DNA of 64,000 bases from Nitrosopumilaceae archaeon. Its GTDB lineage: Archaea; Thermoproteota; Nitrososphaeria; Nitrososphaerales; Nitrosopumilaceae. A program made the translations under genes and the position numbers. The DNA is taken from the NCBI GenBank assembly GCA_965207375.1, contig CBDBMG010000003.1, positions 416,001 to 480,000 of the forward strand, given 5' to 3'. This document shows positions 57,018-64,000 of the stretch, in pieces (the first letter of the stretch is position 1; the number at the start of each line of letters is the position of its first letter). Under the pieces are notes generated by a model. That model ran no database searches and was not told the DNA's origin. It saw nothing but the letters and a program-made list of their open reading frames with translations.

Positions 57018-57765
57018 ATAGTTACGAGGGTGATATCGTTTATATTACCCGAAGCCAAGGCTGAGGGTAATATAAACGATATCACCCGAGTGAACGGGAT
57101 TTAACTGGATTCTATCCCAGTGTACAATACGTAATCAACTTCTTGTAATCAAGCAAGCGGTTTCCGCAACAATAGAAGATTTGATTGGCTATTTTCCTGA
57201 AAACAGTTAAATTGTTTGCTCGGAACGACACTTTAGATGGCAACAAGTTAGCTCGCCTTTTGCTTGGGATGGTATATTTGGAAGCAGCAAAGGCACTTAG
57301 CTAGGCGAAAACATATGCATCGGCTGGAGCAGAGTCGAAAACGTACGCATCGGCCGGAGCGGGGTTGAACAAGTACGTCGTTCAAACGATAGCAAAGCGC
57401 CATTGTCTCCAACAAGTCAGCCGCCGTTTCAGTAATAAAACATGTAAGAGAAATTGTCTATAAAGAGCCATTCCCCAGAGGGACAATCAACATAACGCGC
57501 TTTGCTTTCGCCTGAGGGACGTAACTATCCTTTGGTCGCCTTTTTCAGCTCTTGCATGGAGCTTTGGTGCATTTTCAATTGATGTTATTCTTGTCTATAC
57601 TGTAGCTTACGCGCGGCTTAAAATATAAAAACCTTTGATGCATGCTAATTGTCTGACACCAAAACCACTGGGTGCTATTTTTTATAACACCTGGTATTAT
57701 TTTCTTTAATACCCAGTGGCATCCTTTGATCCGCCTGCGCACTGGAGTAGAAGTATTTTTTCTTC
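57018..57765 (-). mobile_element. Hairpin-ended element related to 6911-7371
   Basis: Hairpin GGGTGATATCGTTTATATTACCC...GGGTAATATAAACGATATCACCC; shared end motif CTTTGATCCGCC..CGCAC. Absent from the paralogous site at ~51705. Confidence 0.7.
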
Positions 57766-57863
57766 TAGAATACGTAGCTATACGTATAACAAATCCCAAC
57801 ACTTGTACAGACACAGACACAGACACAGGCACACACAGACACACACAGACACACACACACACA

Positions 57864-57910
<47 letters not shown>

Positions 57911-60859
57911 ACAGAGTGGTACGTATATGCTGAATACATTATAGGCCTCTCGAGACCTTCCCAAAAAATTTAATTCATAGAATGTTTTATAACATTTAGG
58001 TTTTCCTTTTTATAAAAGTGACCATATTTGGGAAAATGTGCATATGTAGTTCACACATCTGATTTTTCTCATTCAAAGATTCAGAAAATCTGGTAGGAAC
58101 AGTACACAGATCTGAAACTTGCAGGAATGATAGAGGAATGGTAGCTCTATAAACCCTGCAAGTGTCAAGTCTATCCACGTATGCCAATATATAACTTAGA
58201 CAAATAGATGTTGCAATTGTATTTTGCTATAATACAGCTACTTTTCTATTGTTAACAAGCGCCTGTAAACAAGCATTATTAAGTAGGTGCCTTCAGTCGT
58301 ATTGAGCATGTGATTCCATATTTGTGACCAGATTTGTGAAAAACGAGCATAGTTCACAAATCTAATTTTTCAAATTAGAAGATTCATAGGGATGAACCCT
58401 TAAGATGATAAAGTAACTATACACATTACACAAACATATTAAGAGGTAGAGCTACATTTAGTAAACTTATTAAGTATTAAGAGTGGGTAGAACTTAAGTG
58501 TTGATAATGTAAGGTGATGACCAGTGTTGCCCATATAAGGGATTTGATTGTGAGTTTAAGTTTTTAAAATCTGTTCATCATTTTTGTAGTAACAAGTAGT
58601 AGTGGAAATATTTTGTTCCCTCTAAATTTCAGTATAATCACCAGATCTAATAAAGTAGCGTAGGCTACCAAATATCGGCCAGTATCTATTATCACCAATT
58701 TTTGTAATGCATTAAAGCTTGCACAAGATACGTACACAAAGGATTACTAGAATTGCAGTATATTAACAACAGAATTAACCAGAAACCACTTCAATAATCA
58801 ATAGTCCTACAGTATTCATGAGTACCAAGAAGTCATGGGAAAGTTGTTAAAGAGTTTCTTAACATAAAAATACCTGTATCGTTATAACGTGACAATGGAA
58901 ACACATAGTAATGCCAAAACCACATGATTTACTTGACAAAATATCCTTCATATTCTGCAAAAAATATATCTACTAGAAGTTATGGCACAAAGTTTAAACA
59001 CTGGTCGATATATTGATACTGCAAAAAGTACAGGTGGCCGATAATAGATCACAATGGATGATAATTGAAAGATCACATGCGCAAGCGTTTTACATGTCAC
59101 AGACGCTGTGATGATGTCATTAACATAAAAACTGTTTTCTGAAGTGATGAAAGAATGTGCTATTGATTAGTGAAAACCGGAAGTCTGTAGGATAATCGCT
59201 CGCTAAGGTAAGCCATTAGAAGGAAATGTTGGTGATTTTATGCTAGAGCTCACATCAATCTTTTCCTTCTCTAATATCACCTCCAAGCCAAACTTTAAAA
59301 TCTTTTAAGTCACAAAACTTCCATTACTACAATAGCATCAACCAAAGCCATGCTCCTTGAAGTTGAAGTACTCAAGAGTAACAGTGTACAAACTCACATG
59401 ATCACCTGCTAATTCATAATTGTCCTCACATGCATACAATTTATTAATTTCGGTCATAGCTAGACAGCAAGATTTCCTCGTCTATACTAATTTTGATTCA
59501 TGCACGTACACATGCGCACAAACAAACCATCAAGCATACATACCAAAAACCAAATAATTCCCTATAAAATTTTGTGACAGTCAAACATATCCAACACTTT
59601 TATATGTGCACGTGTATGTGTATGTACACATTATTTCTATTACAGAGTGGTATTATATGTGACCCGGCATAATGGATATAAAGTATTTTGCTGGGAGGAT
59701 CAAAAGCAAAAGGTGATTGCAAGGTAGCATTCTTTGGAAATAAAGGAAACTATTTGCATAATTTTTGCTGTTGTTGTAGGTGTGAAATTCCGCCGGAATG
59801 GTGAACACAGTAACTAACTGATTTCAAACTAAATCCTATCTGTAAAACCAGTTCTTTTTGCACTAACAAGTCACATGGTGCAACATCTTATGCTTGTGTG
59901 TCGATAGATAGCTGGCACTAATCATCATTCAGTGACTACTAGTTGTGTTAGGTCATTTTCATTATAAGATTTTTAAAACAAATTCCATTTGAAAATCAGT
60001 AAAACGTTGATTTAGAAGTAAAAAATTAATTAAACATATAATGAAAGTTGGGTTGAAGTGATCCAGGCAGGGGTAAGAAACAAGCAATCAAGTCTGCCTG
60101 ACCTTATCCATTATATTTTATTCAAGGTGACATGCAAACAAAATTGTTAATATTCTACAAAGTACAAACCTCATAAGTAGCTGATATTCTATTGGTTTCT
60201 TCACTGAGTTTAGTCCTGCGTTGACAATGTTGAAGCATAAGTCATGAAGCTCTGCATACATCTCCTCTCCAGATGTAAGAGAAGTCCAAGAGTCGGGGCT
60301 GGCCTGATGTGACCTTGGAGATAAACATTCATTAAATTTATGTCGAGGAAGCTTAACCGAGGCCATATTACACACAAAAAGTAGTAAATGATAGTAGAGT
60401 TTTATAAAAAATACTATAAAACAAAAATGGCACTCATTATTAGAGCAGTGTGAGTGATAATAGTCATCAATCAAATAACTATTGCTATTTACCACTCCTT
60501 GTATTTATAGGAATATTTGTACTACTTCATTTGACAACTAAAATAACATTCAAATATCAACAAGTTGATGTTTTACCATCTAACAACCAGGCGCTGTGTG
60601 TAAATTAAACGCACTGTTATCTACTGCTATTCAATGTATTGTAATAGTCCTTAATGACATCACCAGTAAGTCACATGAGCAGAGATTCATCACTAAGGAA
60701 CACATAGCAACGCGTACAAATTTAATTCTTCTGTTTAAACCCGCTTTAGGCTCCAGTACTTGAGTGATAAAACTTTTTAAAAGCAATATAAAGAAATATA
60801 AAGTTAGCCATTTTACCAAGAGTCCATTATAGAGAGGAGAAGGTAGACTACTTTGTAAA

Positions 60860-61415
60860 AATCAAAACCCACAATTAAATGTCACATGTAGAGATATAAA
60901 AGAAGAGGCTAAACATTTACAAACTTTGAAGATTTGCTGAAGTGCACAATGTGTATCAAATTTTTGCAAGGCCTCAAAGAGGCCCACAATGATCAAAACA
61001 ATGTTTACTATGGTGATCAGTTCATTCCACAGTAGTTACGTATAGTAAACTCACCATTGTAATATTTTTGTTATATCCCAATTGAAAACTTCACTGGTTT
61101 TAAAACTGACCACCTATTTGTTTTAAATTTGGGTCAGTAGTTATTGACCTGGTTATTTCTATTGATCCATTTTAATATTGGTGAATTAATGAAATCAATG
61201 TGATAGGATAGTCAGTGTTTGATTTGTCTGATGAAAAGTACTGTATGGTTCACCCAAGCCAGCACTAGCCGTCAGTTGGTCAGCTTTCCTGTTACCTTAC
61301 ATCTTCCGGCAGGGCGTTTAATGTTAGTCAACATGCAAAGAAGAGTGTGTGGCCACACAAGACTAGTTACTACTGTACAATACCTATAGCTATCCCTTTA
61401 AAAGGATACTCTAAT
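60860..61415 (-). repeat. Inverted copy of the block at ~40400-41580 / 48130-49200
   Basis: Reverse-complement match, lacking the insertions present in the direct copies. Confidence 0.8.
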
Positions 61416-63672
61416 TTTGAATAATTTTTATTGCAACTAGTTGACGAATTACCATCGAAAAACCAGGCGCTGTGTGCATTTTGTATAACTTGTATTGTTT
61501 TGGTGTGTGTTGTTTTGTTTTAATTTGTTGTATTCTTTGTGTAAGTTAAACCACTGTTAATCTACTGTTATTCAATGTACTGTAATAATTCTTAATGACG
61601 TCATCAGCAAGTCACGTGAGCAAAGACTCATCACTAAGGAACACATAGCAACGGATGCGAATTTAGTTCTTCTGTTTAAACCCGCTTTGTACTCCAGTAC
61701 TTTAGAGATAGAATTTTTTGAAAGCAGTATAAAGTTGTTTTATGCCGAAATTCTTACTGCAACACTGTAGGCCAGTCTTCTTTTATAAGCTCCGCAACCC
61801 GCACGGCATGCCCACTTATAAAACTAATGCACTCTGTCTTGTTAGTAATGTACAACTGGTTAAACGGCTTTTACCGTGTAATGAACGGCAAATACAGCGT
61901 TACCTTGCTCTTCTTTGGCAGTAACTCACGACGCGCTTCGTTACTAAGGCCCCGCCCATCAACAGTATCGATAGCAAGTGCCGTATAAAGAAGTGGAAAG
62001 GCAGCAGAACTTGTTTAACCAATCACACAGGGTCCATATCACGCCACTAGTTATTCATGGCCTCGGGGGCGGACACACACACACACACAAACACACATAT
62101 ACATCCGCACTAAAGTGATTTTAAGAAATCAGGCGCGCGCTGCGGCCGGCGCACCCCTGGTTTAAAAACAGTAGTTTTGCTGTTAGCTAGTGCTGACATA
62201 CGTATGGTTGTAATATTTATCGATTTTTTGTATATGTATTAGTTAAATTGGCAATCTTCATGTGTACATTTGTACAATTGTATAATGTATACAGCCGGCA
62301 CAGAGAATAAATTACTGGTATCTATGATACGGTTATAATAGTATATTCATAAATGTGTTAACAAAGATAATTGTCAACTTTTGAACAAGCCGCTTCGTAG
62401 CCGCATTGTGAGCTCCTGCTGCCCCAACCACGTGCACATCCATGCATGGAAGCCAGTGCTACAAAGCTCCACGTAGCGACAACAAACTGAACCTGCCCCA
62501 GCCCTGTCGTGGAATCTGGCGACGATATTATAAATCAAACGAGCAGTAAAACTCCACCGACTGTTTCACCGCTAGAATAACCTTTGCTGCCATGACAAAG
62601 ATGCACACTGTAATCTAGAAAGTGCACGTGCAGTGCAAATGACTTGGGGCCTACGCATGACATACGACACTATAAACACTTTTCTGCGATAAACAAGAAA
62701 ATATCAAGACTCACGATAGTGAGTCGCGAGGCCAAGAAGAAGCAGGCCGTACGCGACGAACAAGTGAGTTATTTACACGTAGCACCGCTCTGAAATTTGT
62801 AAACGCTCTAAATAAGCCGCCATGAAAGCTATCGCTTAGTTATCAAGGACTCAGCACGTTATAACTATATAGAATCAGTAAACCGACAATGGAGGAAATC
62901 GGCCCCACCAATCCTAAGTAGCAGCCATTGCAAGTTTTATGGCACCCGTTCATGCGCCCACGCTCGAAAAACCATCTCCTTGGCACCTATTCACTCGTTT
63001 ACTAAACAAATATTACATTCAATGTATGAAGAATCGTTGACCTGAAGTCGTTTGATATCCATGACATGAGTTTTCCGCATGCGCCTTATAAATTTCTTCC
63101 TTCCATCAAAAATATTTTAGGCGCCCTTCTTTTTTTTCTTTCTTTCTTTGTTTCTTTCATTTTCATCGCACACTTTTTCGTGGACTTGCGGGAGTTTTGC
63201 GTAAACCACGGAAGTTTTTTCAAAATCTCTTTTTGTACATTCAATTGTTTGTCTACTAACTCACTCATTTCTTCATGGACTTCAGCCAAATTTGTATCAG
63301 CATTTCTCCAATGTATGCTCTACCTGTCATACTACTTTCAGCCTGAAGTAAACACTTCAATGTATTTGAGAAGGGCTATTACACTGCAAGTTGAAAGTTG
63401 CCATAACTTGGACCCCCTTGAAATGATTTGCATAAACTTTCAGATACACAATCTATATTGATGTACCACTCTGTAGTAAAAGTTAAAAAAATATTGTAGG
63501 CGTGAGTTTATCAAAATTAAGCTTCAAAGTTAAATTTACAATACCGATTGTGTGCAGCATTGTAAATAGGTATGTGTGAATCAGCTGAGGTACTGAAAGC
63601 TTCATCTTTCTAACTATTTGAATGACATATGCCATTTTCTGAATGATCTATGGCGAAAGTCAATTGGCAAGT

Positions 63673-63825
<153 letters not shown>

Positions 63826-64000
63826 AGGATGAAGTAAAGCTGAGTACTATCATGTTGTAGTAAGAATGCTAATTTTTAGCAAATTCTCCAACAACTTCTT
63901 CATAACATTTTCTTAGAATCTCTATTTACAAAAAGTAGTGATATGCTAAATAAAAACACCTTGGGTATAAAAAAGTGTGAGGCCAATCAGAAGCCACAAT

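Overview
AT-rich, intron-containing animal DNA. The TAGCTA/TACGTA-rich background, repeat families and death-fold gene architecture suggest a demosponge (inference). Positions 0.4-6.8 kb hold a compact, apparently intronless cluster: a prodomain-less metacaspase (minus strand, His/Cys dyad intact, one in-frame TGA followed directly by ATG), a head-to-head 39-aa single-EF-hand micro-ORF missed by the ORF track, and an intact 798-aa zf-MYND protein. Positions 7-17.5 kb are nested transposon debris, including a Ty3/Gypsy relic with a ~3 kb internal inversion that can be mapped to within a few bases. Positions 17.9-31.4 kb carry a spliced + strand gene with two DED-like/beta-rich modules, a CARD-like domain, coiled coils and a filamin repeat. 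Positions 36-62 kb are a mosaic of local segmental duplications with 4-5 decaying copies of the same minus-strand exons, many MITEs (4-, 5- and 8-bp TSDs), elements ending in long palindromes (one family with flip/flop loops) and long microsatellites. All family assignments come from reading motifs by eye; no searches were run.
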